Below are positions 39,379 to 49,731 of a stretch of DNA of 64,000 nt, in pieces. Positions within the stretch are counted from its first letter, which is position 1, and every line of letters starts with the position of its first letter. The position numbers and the translations under genes are program-made. The DNA comes from an uncultured delta proteobacterium (lineage in GTDB: Bacteria; Desulfobacterota; Syntrophia; Syntrophales; Smithellaceae): the NCBI GenBank assembly GCA_963726395.1, contig CAVSCG010000032.1, positions 26,777 through 90,776 of the forward strand. The letters are read 5' to 3'. The notes beneath the pieces are model-generated. The model was given only the letters and a program-made list of their open reading frames with translations. It made no database searches and was not told the origin of the DNA.

Positions 39379-40407
39379 ATGGATGGCCATATAAAAAATC
39401 CCTTAATTGATCCGATTTGTGCCGAAGACGAAGGCAATCTGGAAAATTCTTTGCGTCCGCCTAAGCTTGCTGATTATATCGGCCAGGACAAGGTCAAAAG
39501 CAATCTGTCGATCTTTATTGAAGCAGCCAAGAAACGGCGGGAGTCGCTCGATCATGTGCTTTTATACGGTCCTCCTGGTTTGGGTAAAACCACGCTGGCT
39601 TATATCATCGCCAGAGAATTGGGCGTGGATATTAAGGTGACCTCGGGTCCGGTGATCGAACGCCCGGGAGATCTGGCAGCGATTTTGACGAACATGCACG
39701 AGCACGAGGTTTTATTTATTGATGAAATTCACAGGCTCTCTCATGTTGTGGAAGAAATTTTGTATCCGGCCATGGAAGATTTTCACATCGATATCTTAAT
39801 CGGACAGGGGCCGTCGGCCCGGTCGATGAAACTCGACATTCCCAAATTCACACTGGTGGGTGCGACAACACGCGCGGGGTCTCTGACGTCCCCGCTGCGC
39901 GATCGTTTTGGTATGCATTTTCGACTTGAATTCTATTCACCGCAAGAGCTTTCCGTGATTATTCAGAGGTCTGCCAAAATTCTGGGTGTCCAGCTTACCG
40001 GCACAGGCGCGGAAGAGCTGGCCAAGCGGGCGCGCGGTACGCCCCGCATCGCCAACCGACTGCTCAAGCGGGTCCGCGATTACGCGGAAGTGAAAGGCGA
40101 TGGAACCGTTGACGGAAAAATCGCCCGCGAAGCGCTCGATGCTTTTGAAGTGGACCAAAAGGGTTTTGATCAGATGGATCGTAAACTGCTTCTGGCGTTG
40201 ATTGAAAAATTCAACGGAGGACCGGTCGGTGTGGAAAGTCTGGCGGCGGCGATCGGCGAAGAGAGGGTGACGATTGAGGATGTTTATGAGCCCTATCTGA
40301 TTCAGGAAGGCTATCTGCAAAGAACGGCGCGGGGCCGGATGGCCTGTTCCAAAGCCTATGAACATTTCGGCCTGAAAGCGTCGGGCGCTCAAAAGGAACT
40401 GTTTTAA
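39379..40407 (+). CDS. ruvB: Holliday junction DNA helicase RuvB
   Basis: [49 protein letters not shown]. Confidence 0.95.
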   Translation: MDGHIKNPLIDPICAEDEGNLENSLRPPKLADYIGQDKVKSNLSIFIEAAKKRRESLDHVLLYGPPGLGKTTLAYIIARELGVDIKVTSGPVIERPGDLAAILTNMHEHEVLFIDEIHRLSHVVEEILYPAMEDFHIDILIGQGPSARSMKLDIPKFTLVGATTRAGSLTSPLRDRFGMHFRLEFYSPQELSVIIQRSAKILGVQLTGTGAEELAKRARGTPRIANRLLKRVRDYAEVKGDGTVDGKIAREALDAFEVDQKGFDQMDRKLLLALIEKFNGGPVGVESLAAAIGEERVTIEDVYEPYLIQEGYLQRTARGRMACSKAYEHFGLKASGAQKELF

Positions 40408-40427
40408 TCCCGGAGTTAATTTATTTC

Positions 40428-40955
40428 ATGAAGCTGCTCATGCATATCTGCTGTGGACCTTGCACGATCTATCCTCTCAAGGCATTGAGAACGCACGGCC
40501 ATGATGTGACCGGCTTATTTTACAATCCCAATATCCATCCCTATCTGGAGTATTCGCGCCGCAAGCAAAGCCTTCAAGACTATGCTGAAAAAATCCTTTT
40601 AAATGTCATCTGGCCGGAAGGTTATCTTCTGGAAGAATTCTTGAGGCAGGTGGCGTCCCGGCCCGAAGACCGCTGCGCCTATTGCCTGAGTGATCGATTG
40701 AAATTTACGGCCCAGCAGGCAAAAAAAGAAAATTATGATGCTTTCACCACCACATTACTTTACAGCCGCTATCAGAAGCATGATTTAATCCGTCAGCTTG
40801 GCGAAACGCTGGGCCAACAGCTTGGAATTCATTTCCATTATCAGGATTTCCGCAGTGGCTGGAATGAAGGTGTTAAGATTTCCAAGGATTTGGGAATGTA
40901 TCGCCAGCCTTATTGCGGTTGTATTTATAGCGAAAAGGAAAGATTCTATAAGTAA
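40428..40955 (+). CDS. queH: Epoxyqueuosine reductase QueH (DUF208)
   Basis: LLMHICCGPCTIYP ... CAYC ... YCGCIYSE, the Cys pattern characteristic of QueH. Confidence 0.85.
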   Translation: MKLLMHICCGPCTIYPLKALRTHGHDVTGLFYNPNIHPYLEYSRRKQSLQDYAEKILLNVIWPEGYLLEEFLRQVASRPEDRCAYCLSDRLKFTAQQAKKENYDAFTTTLLYSRYQKHDLIRQLGETLGQQLGIHFHYQDFRSGWNEGVKISKDLGMYRQPYCGCIYSEKERFYK

Positions 40956-41086
40956 CTCTTCACCTTCCGGTGCGTGTTCCCCATTTTACCAAGTGTGTTG
41001 TTTCGGACACAAGAGATATCGACATCTGGAAACCAGTCTGTCGCAGGGTCGATAAAAATACCAGTAAATACATATTGTTTCTTAAT

Positions 41087-41115
41087 TTATTCCCATTTCT
41101 GACATTTGGTATAAT
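41087..41115 (+). promoter_or_regulatory. Candidate extended -10 promoter for lpxC
   Basis: TGG TATAAT (41107-41115) with a weak -35 TTATTC (41087-41092). Confidence 0.3.
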
Positions 41116-41155
41116 TATTGCTGAATTATAAGTTCTATTAAATTTAAGGTTAAAT

Positions 41156-42085
41156 ATGCATCTGCAACGTACGCTGAAAAAAGAAATATTTTGCTCTAGT
41201 ATCGGTTTACACACTGGCCGTAAGGTGAACATGACGATTAAACCGGCCCCTGTTGATACCGGTATCATTTTTGTTCGTAAGGATCTACCGAATGCCAGGC
41301 CAATTCCGGCAGACTTCAAGATGGTTTGTGATACAACCCTGGCGACATCCCTGGGATCAAATGGTGTCACAGTCTCCACCGTAGAGCATATTTTATCAGC
41401 TTTCAGTGGAATGGGGCTCGATAATGCCGTCGTTGAACTCGATTCTTTTGAAGTGCCGATCATGGACGGAAGTGCCCGCCCGTTTGTCAATATGCTCAAG
41501 GAAGCAGGAACATGCACGCAAGGTAAATTCAAAAAGATGCTGGTCATTAAAAAACCTGTTTCTGTGAAAGAAGGAGAAGGTCGTGCCATGCTCCTGCCTT
41601 CTGAAGAACTCAAAATAACTTATGATATTGATTTTGCTCACCGGGCCATCGGCAAGCAATCCTACAGCGTCATATTTTCCGATAAAAACTACGAAGATAA
41701 AATTTGCAGCGCCCGAACATTTGGTTTTTTAAAAGAAGTTGAATTTCTGCAGGCCAAGGGACTGGGGTTGGGGGGATCGCTGGATAATGTGATCATTCTC
41801 GATGATGAAAAAATCATCAACAAAGACGGCCTTCGCATGCCTGATGAATTTGTCAAACATAAAATTCTAGATGCCATTGGTGATCTGTTTTTGCTGGGGA
41901 TGCCGATTATCGGCCATTTTGTGGCTTACAAATCGGGCCATCGGCTGAACAATCTTTTATTGCGGGAACTCATGCGCCATGAGAGTAGTTGGGAGATTCT
42001 CACTGAATACGACCAAAAAAAATCAGCGAAATTCACGTCCTGTAAGATTCCATCCTTTACTATTCTGGATGCCGCGCCGATTTGA
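41156..42085 (+). CDS. lpxC: UDP-3-O-acyl-N-acetylglucosamine deacetylase
   Basis: QRTLKKEI...GIGLHTG, VSTVEHILSA, DGSARPF, EFVKHKILDAIGDL. Confidence 0.95.
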   Translation: MHLQRTLKKEIFCSSIGLHTGRKVNMTIKPAPVDTGIIFVRKDLPNARPIPADFKMVCDTTLATSLGSNGVTVSTVEHILSAFSGMGLDNAVVELDSFEVPIMDGSARPFVNMLKEAGTCTQGKFKKMLVIKKPVSVKEGEGRAMLLPSEELKITYDIDFAHRAIGKQSYSVIFSDKNYEDKICSARTFGFLKEVEFLQAKGLGLGGSLDNVIILDDEKIINKDGLRMPDEFVKHKILDAIGDLFLLGMPIIGHFVAYKSGHRLNNLLLRELMRHESSWEILTEYDQKKSAKFTSCKIPSFTILDAAPI

Positions 42086-42318
42086 TATTTTTACAAAATC
42101 ATCCATGTCTTTATACGTCTTAAATTAACCTTGATTTTTAACGCCAGGTTACCTAGTATATTTCATTAAAAATTTAGCAACGTCACAAAATGGCTTTCAC
42201 GGTAATTTTGCCGCGGCCGATAGCTTTGGCCGGAAATCAAGATGAACGGTATGCGCTTGTTACCGATGTCGATTGAAATTTACCGGAAGCGAAATGAAGT
42301 TGTTCTCATAGAAAGATT

Positions 42319-42912
42319 ATGGTTTATATGAAAAATAATATCAGTTTTGCGGTGAGGGTGTTTTGTGTCTGTTTATTGATGATGCTTACAGCGCTAGCCT
42401 TGCCGGTTACGGCGAGGACGAGTATCATGCCTCGAATGGTTGATACCTTAATAACCAGCAACACAGAAAACGTGCTTTTATACGCCAGGCTGGTGGATTG
42501 TTTTAAGCCGGAAATGGAGACCGCCATTTTAGCCGGCGTTCCCGCCGTTTTTACGCTTCAGTTGGATGTCTATCAGGAAAGGTCCTATGTATGGAATAAA
42601 CATATTATCCATAAAGAAATTCGCCGCGTCATCAAATATGACAATTTGAAAAAAATATTTTCGATTACCACGAACAGCAGCAATCAGCCTGTAATTTTCC
42701 CGGATTTTGAAAGCGCTCAAAAAGCCATGGCGGATTTGAATGGAATTTTCGTCATTCCTATTTCGCATTTGTCCAAAGGCAATAATTATTACACCGAGAT
42801 CAGGGTTAAAATTGACAAAGTACGGCTGCCTTTCAATATGGAATATGTATTATTCTTTGTCTCCTTGTGGGATTTTGAAACACCGTTGTATAAAATAAGA
42901 TTTTCCTATTAA
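42319..42912 (+). CDS. DUF4390 domain protein (periplasmic; precedes ntrY)
   Basis: Signal peptide (probable start ATG 42328, MKNNISF...). The motifs LYARLVDCFKPEMETAILAGVPAVFTLQLDVY fit DUF4390 as I recall it, and so does the position upstream of an NtrY-type kinase. Confidence 0.6.
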   Translation: MVYMKNNISFAVRVFCVCLLMMLTALALPVTARTSIMPRMVDTLITSNTENVLLYARLVDCFKPEMETAILAGVPAVFTLQLDVYQERSYVWNKHIIHKEIRRVIKYDNLKKIFSITTNSSNQPVIFPDFESAQKAMADLNGIFVIPISHLSKGNNYYTEIRVKIDKVRLPFNMEYVLFFVSLWDFETPLYKIRFSY

Positions 42913-42955
42913 TCAGCAATCTCTATTTCTGCGGGAAAGTTGATCCAATCCACTG

Positions 42956-45180
42956 ATGAAAATTAAAAAAAAATCCAGAAGAGCCTACCTTGATGAAAGC
43001 GAATTAAAAAAGCGCCGGCGTGAAGGCATTCTCATGCTGGTTGTCGGCTGCCTGGCGATTGTTTTTACAATCCTGGCCAGTCAGCTTTCATCCCGAAAGG
43101 AACTGCCGATATCGGCCAACATTCTGGTATATGGCCTGACCAGTATCAATGTTATGCTGATCCTGCTTCTGATTTTTCTTATTGTCCGCAATATTTTTAA
43201 ATTATTTTCCGAGCGCCGCAAGGGCGTCATCGGTTCCAAGTTGCGCACCAAATTGGTTGCCGCTTTTGTTGGTTTGTCCCTTGTTCCGACTATTTTACTT
43301 TTTTTATTTGCCCTTAATTTTCTTTCCTACTCCATTGAGTTCTGGTTCAACCTTAAAATCGGCGATGCCTTGAACAGGTCGCTGGAAGTTGCCCAGGTGT
43401 ATTACACGCAAGCGGAGGAATTGGCCAAAGTTTAACGCCCGCCAAATCAGTGACGGATATCACCAAAAACCGTCTCTATGACGCTGATAGAACAAATTAT
43501 CTTAACAGTTTGCTCTCTCAGCGCCAGAAGAATTATAAAGTTGGAAGGGTGGAGGCCTATTTTGATTTTAAAGGAGAAAGCATTACTTTTGCCGATGCTG
43601 AAAATTCCTTACGGACGCCTGTTGATCTGTCGCCGAAAATGCTGGAAGATATTTATTCCGGCAAGGAAATATCAACAGTAGCCCCAACCAGTGCCGGGGA
43701 GGCGATCGTCGGCGTTGCGCCGGTTTTTTCTTACGCCGTTCCCACGGAAGTCATTGGTCGTGTTTCCGTTAGTTACAGCGTTCCGCAGGGATTTGTCGAT
43801 AAACTGCGGAGTATTGCCAACGCCTCCGAACAGTACGGACAGATTAAGCTCTTGAAAAATCCGATTAAATTTAATTATGTTGTGACCCTGTCGATTGTGA
43901 CCTTGTCGATCATCTTTCTGGCGACATGGTTTGGTCTGTCGCTCGCCAAGAGTATCACGAATCCCATTCAGGACCTCGTTTCAGCGACCAATAGAATCAC
44001 CCAGGGCGATCTGACAAGTCGAATTGATATCGAGGCTGATGATGAAATCGGGCTTCTGGTCAAATCATTCAACTCGATGACGGATGATTTGCAGAAAAGC
44101 AAAACAGGCCTGGAAGAGGCCAATATCTCTCTTGAAGAGCGGCGTAAGTATATGGCCGCCGTTTTGCGCAATGTTTCCGCAGGGGTTATTTCAGTCGATA
44201 AAAACTATATGATAACCACAATTAACCGCGCCGCGGAAACTATGTTCGAGATTGACGCCTCTCAATTTCTTTCACGGGATTATCGCGAGCTTTTACATGA
44301 TGAACATCTTGTTCTGGTGGATGCCTTTTTGCTGGAAATGAACGAAAGCAATGAGCGGATACTGCAAAAACAGTTGGAGTTGATGCTGCGGGATAAGGTT
44401 TTAACGGTGCTTCTGACGTTGACGACCATTGAGGATGAAGAAGGCAACGATTCCGGCATTGTTGTCGTGTTTGAAGATTTGACGGAATTGCAGAAGGCGG
44501 AACGCGCCGCGGCCTGGCGGGAAGTGGCCAGACGTATGGCGCACGAAATTAAAAATCCGCTCACGCCCGTGCAACTTTCCGCGCAAAGGCTTCAGCGCAA
44601 ATATGGTGACAAATTGGGAGAGGAAGGCTCGGTGTTTAAGGAATGCACGCAGACCATCATCGATCAGGTGGAAGTGCTTAAGAATCTGGTCAATGAATTT
44701 TCCCGTTACGCCCGCATGCCCGTGACGACACTTGCCCCCAATGATCTCAATGCGGTTGTGTCCGAGGCGGTGACGCTTTTCGTAGATGCCCACAAGGATA
44801 TTAATTTTGAATACCGTCCTGCGGAAGGATTACCGAGGTTCAATCTGGATGCTGAACAGATCAACAGGGTCATGATTAATCTGCTGGATAATGCCGTTGC
44901 TTCCATAAATAAGAAAACGGGACATATCGGGGTCATTATTCGGTATGATGAGCCGAACAAGAAGGTGACCGTTGCCGTTGCCGACGACGGCGCCGGTGTT
45001 CCGGCGAGTTATAAGCGGAAAGTATTTGATCCGTATTTTTCAACCAAGAAATCAGGAACAGGGCTCGGCCTGGCTATCGTCAGCTCGATTATATCGGATC
45101 ATAAAGGTCAGGTCAGTGTCAATGACAACTATCCGACAGGAACAATCGTATCTTTTCAGTTGCCGGTTTTGGAAGTTTAA
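42956..45180 (+). pseudogene. ntrY: NtrY-type sensor histidine kinase (4 TM, HAMP, PAS, HisKA, HATPase), interrupted between 43427 and 43458
   Basis: ORFs 42956..43435 and 43450..45180. A bridging segment KFNARQISDG lies in the third frame, implying two single-nt insertions (A-run 43427-43429 and ~43455-43458). AWREVARRMAHEIKNPLTPVQLSAQRLQRKY is the NtrY H-box. Confidence 0.85.
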
Positions 45181-45203
45181 TTTATAGTTAACAATAGAGT
45201 TGA

Positions 45204-46577
45204 GTGAACCTAATGAATGAAACCATTCTTGTCGTAGATGATGAAGTCAGCATCTGTCAGTCGTTGAAGGCTATTCTGGAGGACGAAGGTTATCAGGTGC
45301 TTGTAGCGGGCAGCGGCGAAGAGGCGATTAAGATTGTGGCCGAAGAAATGCCGCGACTTGTCCTCTTGGATATCTGGCTGCCTGGTATCGATGGCCTGGA
45401 AACCCTCAAAGCCATCCATACCGCCCATCCGAATGTGCTGATCATTATGATGTCCGGTCACGGTACCATTGAGACAGCGGTGAGGGCGACCAAGCTCGGC
45501 GCTTTTGACTTCATTGAAAAACCTCTGTCGCTGGACAAAGTAATTATTCTGGTGAACAACGCGCTCAATGTGGTTCGTCTGGAAGAGGAAAACATTTTAT
45601 TAAAACAAAAAGTATCGCATCAGTACGAGTTAACCGGAACCAGTCCGGTGATTACTGAACTCAAGGAAATGATTGGCATCGTTGCGCCGACCAATGCTTG
45701 GATCCTGATCATGGGCGAAAACGGTACGGGAAAGGAACTGGTGGCACGTTCCATTCATCATTTAAGCCGCCAGTCACACAAGCCTATTGTGGAAGTCAAC
45801 TGCGCAGCGATACCCGAGGAACTCATCGAGAGCGAATTATTCGGGCATGAAAAAGGCGCCTTCACCGGCGCGACAGAAAAAAAGCGCGGCAAATTTGACC
45901 TGGCCCATGAAGGGACCATTTTCCTTGATGAAGTTGCGGACATGAGTCTCAAAGCTCAGGCAAAGATTTTACGGATTCTTCAGGAGAAAAAATTCGAAAG
46001 AGTCGGCGGCAATAAAGTCATTGATATGGATGTGCGGGTTCTGGCTGCGACGAATAAAGACCTGGAAAAAGAAATGGAGGCGGGCCGGTTCCGGCAGGAT
46101 CTCTATTACCGTCTGCACGTCATTCCGTTGCACGTGCCGCCGCTCAGAGACCGAAAAGAAGACATTCCCTTTCTGGCGGAACGTTTTCTTTCCGACTTTG
46201 CCGCGAAAGAGGGTCAGCAGCTGAAGACCTTGACAATCGGCGCTTTGGAGCAATTAATGTCGCATAACTGGCCCGGCAATGTCCGTGAACTGAAAAATAT
46301 TATTGAAAGACTAATTATTCTGACGCCGTCCAATGAAATCAAGGCGGATGATATTCCTGAACTCAACGTGAAAACGGAGCAAAGCGCTGTGACGCCGGAA
46401 TCGCCCACCGTCAGTGATTCTTTTAGAGACGCCAAGCTGGTTTTTGAGAGGCAGTTTATTATCAAAAAACTTGAAGAGTACGATGGCAATATTTCCAAAA
46501 CAGCCGAAGCCATCGGTTTGGAGCGCAGCAATCTGCATAAAAAACTCAAGAGTCTGAAAGTAGCAACGAAAGACTGA
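45204..46577 (+). CDS. Sigma54-dependent response regulator (REC + AAA+ + HTH_8; NtrX/AtoC family)
   Basis: REC domain (LVVDDE, LLDIWLPG). GENGTGKE Walker A, ESELFGHEKGAFTGA, C-terminal Fis-type HTH. Start is GTG 45204 or ATG 45213. Confidence 0.9.
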   Translation: MNLMNETILVVDDEVSICQSLKAILEDEGYQVLVAGSGEEAIKIVAEEMPRLVLLDIWLPGIDGLETLKAIHTAHPNVLIIMMSGHGTIETAVRATKLGAFDFIEKPLSLDKVIILVNNALNVVRLEEENILLKQKVSHQYELTGTSPVITELKEMIGIVAPTNAWILIMGENGTGKELVARSIHHLSRQSHKPIVEVNCAAIPEELIESELFGHEKGAFTGATEKKRGKFDLAHEGTIFLDEVADMSLKAQAKILRILQEKKFERVGGNKVIDMDVRVLAATNKDLEKEMEAGRFRQDLYYRLHVIPLHVPPLRDRKEDIPFLAERFLSDFAAKEGQQLKTLTIGALEQLMSHNWPGNVRELKNIIERLIILTPSNEIKADDIPELNVKTEQSAVTPESPTVSDSFRDAKLVFERQFIIKKLEEYDGNISKTAEAIGLERSNLHKKLKSLKVATKD

Positions 46578-46579
46578 AA

Positions 46580-46613
46580 AGGATCAAGGTTCAAGGCTCA
46601 AGATACAAGGTTT
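46580..46613. repeat. Tandem heptamer repeat CAAGGYT x4 (copy 2)
   Basis: AAGGAT CAAGGTT CAAGGCT CAAGATA CAAGGTT, starting 3 nt after the regulator stop codon. Confidence 0.5.
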
Positions 46614-46646
46614 ACGACTGAAACTGAAAAAATATAATGATATCAT

Positions 46647-47651
46647 TTAACCTTGATCATTTAACCTTGATCCTTGGTCCTCTGCCATCTGTTTGGTCAT
46701 GTCGGAAATGGAAAGTTTGTTGAAGGGCAGAAAGATGACACCCAGGATGATGACAATAATCATGGACAGGAAGTGATAGACAAGCGCAAAAGAAAAACCT
46801 TCCGGTTTGGCAATGCCAAATAGACTCAATCCCAGAATACAAGCATAATGCCAGTTACCGATAAAGCCCGGCGCAGTGGGAATCGCGATACCTGCAATAA
46901 GAATCACCATGACAACAAAGGCTGCCAGCACCGGCAGGTTAAAGCTGAAGGCCAGAAGCAGTGTGTAAATCGCAGCGACATCTACCAGCCAGACCACGGC
47001 GGATAGCAATAATAAGTAGAGAAGCCTCTTCACGTCGGTGATTACTTGAAAACCATCAATAAAATGGTGGATCACATGATTAACTTTTTGCGTCGGCTTA
47101 CCGGGCAGCCGTCGTAGAATCCGGTCGATAATTTTAATGGCTCTTTCTCTGCGCAAGATCAATCCAATCATACATGCGATCACCAGCATGGTCACTATAA
47201 AAAAAAGGATGCCGGATTTAATCATCCAGGACGGTAAATCCTGCAGCATGAGAACAGCAAACGTCATGGTCAGCACCGCAAGGCTATCCAGTACACGCTC
47301 CACAATGATCGTGCCGAGGGCTGAAGACATTTTAATGGAACTTTTTTTTGCGATCAGATAAGGCCTAGCCAGTTCGCCAATACGGGCCGGAATCGCCGCA
47401 ATAGCCAGAAAGCCAACACTGGTTACAGCAAAGAGAGTAAATTGAGAGATTTTTTCCATTGGCTGCAGGATCACACCCCAGCGGTAGGACCGTAAAGCCT
47501 GCATTAAAATGATAAAGAAAAGAGACAAGCCGGCATAGCCCAAGTGGACTTTCTTCAGGTGGGTGAGCGTTTCATTGAAATCGATTCCCCGGACAGAGAA
47601 GTAAATCAGGACAAAGCCAAGCCCTATGCCTAAAAGAAGTTTTTTATTCAT
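46647..47651 (-). CDS. UPF0104 / lysyl-phosphatidylglycerol-synthase-TM-like flippase-like membrane protein
   Basis: 334 aa with ~8 TM. N-terminal RGIDFNE...LRSYRW pattern typical of the family. Confidence 0.7.
   Translation of the reverse strand: MNKKLLLGIGLGFVLIYFSVRGIDFNETLTHLKKVHLGYAGLSLFFIILMQALRSYRWGVILQPMEKISQFTLFAVTSVGFLAIAAIPARIGELARPYLIAKKSSIKMSSALGTIIVERVLDSLAVLTMTFAVLMLQDLPSWMIKSGILFFIVTMLVIACMIGLILRRERAIKIIDRILRRLPGKPTQKVNHVIHHFIDGFQVITDVKRLLYLLLLSAVVWLVDVAAIYTLLLAFSFNLPVLAAFVVMVILIAGIAIPTAPGFIGNWHYACILGLSLFGIAKPEGFSFALVYHFLSMIIVIILGVIFLPFNKLSISDMTKQMAEDQGSRLNDQG
46648..46678. repeat. Inverted copies of the same motif (AACCTTGATC x2), overlapping the 3' end of the minus-strand gene
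   Basis: TTTAACCTTGATCA TTTAACCTTGATCC. AACCTTGATCCTT (46664-46676) is the reverse complement of AAGGATCAAGGTT (46580-46592). Confidence 0.45.
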
Positions 47652-47692
47652 GATAACGGCACAAACCGGGCCTTTATGTCTGTTGCAATCAA

Positions 47693-48106
47693 TTAAAGTT
47701 TGGTCAGATTTTCGGCGATTTTATCGTGGAGGAGCTGGGAGGATAACCTATTCCCAACCAGGCCCACACGGATAGCGACAGAGGTCTGATTTTTTGCCCG
47801 ATAGGTAATTTCAAACTTTACCTTTTCGTCATTGATCACCGTCGTGATTTTACCTTGAGCGATTTCTTTTACGGGTTGAACTTCCGTGCCGCGCATATCC
47901 GCGACCGTTTTCTCACAAGCGCTCCATACTCTATCGAAAGGAGCGGCGTAATCTGTCTTCAGTTCGCCGTTGACATAAAAATAGGTCCCCGTGCCGGCGC
48001 CAGCGCCCACCGCTACGCCTCCGACCACCAGAGCTCCTGCGCCGCAACCGGAAAAAAGAAAAAGAACAAATAGACAGACGATGAAGCGATATTTATGACT
48101 TTTCAT
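47693..48106 (-). CDS. DUF3568-type lipoprotein
   Basis: Lipobox LFSGCG, then a Gly-rich stretch and an alpha/beta domain. The family assignment is from memory of DUF3568 sequences. Confidence 0.55.
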   Translation of the reverse strand: MKSHKYRFIVCLFVLFLFSGCGAGALVVGGVAVGAGAGTGTYFYVNGELKTDYAAPFDRVWSACEKTVADMRGTEVQPVKEIAQGKITTVINDEKVKFEITYRAKNQTSVAIRVGLVGNRLSSQLLHDKIAENLTKL

Positions 48107-48189
48107 AGTTGCTCCTCCAGACCATTCAATTTAAGCCGTTTTAAACATATTGTGTGATGGATTGCAAATCTATTATGTAGAGGGCATAA

Positions 48190-49248
48190 CTATCCGAGCT
48201 TTTCAAATTCCCGCAAGAGCTCTTCCTGCTTTCTGGTTAAAGCCGTTGGAATCTGTACAAAGACTTCAATGATCTGATCTCCCCGGCCGTATCCCTGCAA
48301 ATGAGGGATTCCTTTGCCTTTGAGACGGAACGTACGGCCGGTTTGGGTGCCTCTAGGAATTTTAATTTTTTCAGACTCTTCTAAGGTTGGTACGGTAACA
48401 GTGCCGCCGAGCGACGCCTGAACAAATGAGATGGGAACGCGACAGATAATATCGTCTTCCGAACGAACAAAAAAATCATGGTCTTCCACCTGTAAAAAAA
48501 CATACAAGTCACCGCAGGGACCGCCCTGTTCTCCCGCTTCGCCCTCGCCGCGCAGACGCAGACGGGAACCGGTTTCCACGCCGGCCGGGATTTTCAATTC
48601 GACTGTTTTACGCTGCTGTTCTTTGCCAGTGCCGCGGCATGTAGTACAGGGTTTGGTGATGAATTTACCCTGACCGTGACAATGGGGACAAGTGGAACTA
48701 ATGGTAAAAAAACCGCTCGATTGAATAACCTGACCTCGTCCTTGACAGGTTGGACAGGTCGAAGAAGAGGTGCCGGGCGCCGCGCCCGTTCCCTGGCACT
48801 CATGGCAGGTATAAAGTTTTTCCAGATCTATAGTGGTGGTCAGTCCGAATGCCGCATCGAGAAAAGATATTTTCAGGTCATAACGCAAGTCGGCGCCGGC
48901 TCTTGCGGCTTGCCGTGTCCGTCCGCGTCCCCGGGTGCGGCCAAAGCCAAATACATCTTCAAAAATATCGCCAAAATTCGAGAAAACATCGTCAAAACCA
49001 CTGAACCCCTGGAAGCCGGTGTTGCTCAAGCCCGCGTGGCCGTATTGATCATAGATTTCTCTTTTTTGCCTGTCGCTTAAAACTTCATAAGCTTCGGCAG
49101 CTTCTTTGAATTTTTCTTCCGCTTGTTTGTCTCCCGGGTTTCTATCGGGATGGCATTGCATGGCTATTTTCCGGTAATTTTTTTTGAGCTCTTCGTCTGA
49201 GGCTGTTTTGCCGACACCCAGAATTTGGTAATAATCCTTTTTGGTCAT
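48190..49248 (-). CDS. dnaJ: Molecular chaperone DnaJ (type I: J domain, G/F region, Zn finger)
   Basis: DYYQILGV...HPDRNPGD, a G/F-rich linker, four CxxCxGxG repeats ([32 protein letters not shown]). Confidence 0.85.
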   Translation of the reverse strand: MTKKDYYQILGVGKTASDEELKKNYRKIAMQCHPDRNPGDKQAEEKFKEAAEAYEVLSDRQKREIYDQYGHAGLSNTGFQGFSGFDDVFSNFGDIFEDVFGFGRTRGRGRTRQAARAGADLRYDLKISFLDAAFGLTTTIDLEKLYTCHECQGTGAAPGTSSSTCPTCQGRGQVIQSSGFFTISSTCPHCHGQGKFITKPCTTCRGTGKEQQRKTVELKIPAGVETGSRLRLRGEGEAGEQGGPCGDLYVFLQVEDHDFFVRSEDDIICRVPISFVQASLGGTVTVPTLEESEKIKIPRGTQTGRTFRLKGKGIPHLQGYGRGDQIIEVFVQIPTALTRKQEELLREFEKLG

Positions 49249-49643
49249 GCGCTTTGTTTTGCTTCCTCCGCTTTCATCTTAGTTGTAAGCGCGTTTAACA
49301 ATTCCGCTTTATTGGTTTTTCCCAGAGCGTGCCTTGCAAATAAATATTTTTTAAGCTCGATGGCCCGACGGGCTATGTCTTCCCAGTCGGCGTCTCGAAG
49401 ATCAATGTTCTGAGCCTTGGCCGCCCCCTGGAAAAGGAAGACATCGCCGTTTGTGAGTGCGAGATCTTTAATTTTTTGCACACCAGCATGGTGTCCGGCT
49501 TTGGCATAGAAGTCTAGAGCGTCTGAAAGCGCTCCTGCTTCCAGATATAAATCTCCGTAACTGATCAGTGATGTGGCTGATGTCTTGTCAATATATAAAA
49601 TTTTTTGTTTTAATCGGTAGTCCGGCAGTTTTCTTATGCTCAA
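49245..49643 (-). CDS. Hypothetical helical protein translationally coupled to dnaJ
   Basis: TTG 49643 lies 5 nt after AGGAGGG. The ORF-track start at 49676 falls inside the purC terminator. Its stop overlaps the dnaJ ATG by 4 nt. TPR-like helices; no family recognised. Confidence 0.45.
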   Translation of the reverse strand: MSIRKLPDYRLKQKILYIDKTSATSLISYGDLYLEAGALSDALDFYAKAGHHAGVQKIKDLALTNGDVFLFQGAAKAQNIDLRDADWEDIARRAIELKKYLFARHALGKTNKAELLNALTTKMKAEEAKQSA

Positions 49644-49656
49644 GGAGTCCCTCCTG

Positions 49657-49689
49657 AAAAAAATGACGCCGTGCAAATAAACACGGCGT
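49657..49689 (-). terminator. Rho-independent terminator after purC
   Basis: Stem ACGCCGTG (49666-49673) / CACGGCGT (49682-49689). On the minus strand it is followed by a T7 run (49657-49663). Confidence 0.65.
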
Positions 49690-49731
49690 AATGTAATAAT
49701 GGTATGGCTTTTGTCAATGGCCTCAAAAAAA

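Noticed and set aside
40960-41613. 217-aa minus-strand ORF
   Set aside because: It is antisense to lpxC, whose identification is unambiguous. Ser/Thr-rich low-information sequence.
42086-42318. Search for a sigma54 (-24 GG / -12 GC) promoter near the NtrY/sigma54-regulator locus, and also at 20391-20576, 30757-30931 and 48107-48189
   Set aside because: Candidate TGG...TGC pairs (for example TGGCTTTCACGGTAATTTTGCC, TGGGACTTTTGCTT) have the wrong GG-to-GC spacing.
46578-46600. The observation that GG(A/C)TCAAGGTT(C/A) is in frame (reading GSRF/GSRL) after two stop codons and at the C-terminus of the 46647..47651 protein, suggesting read-through extensions
   Set aside because: With only three cases, the chance of frame coincidence is about 1 in 9. 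The downstream reading hits stops quickly. It is better explained as a nucleotide-level repeat.
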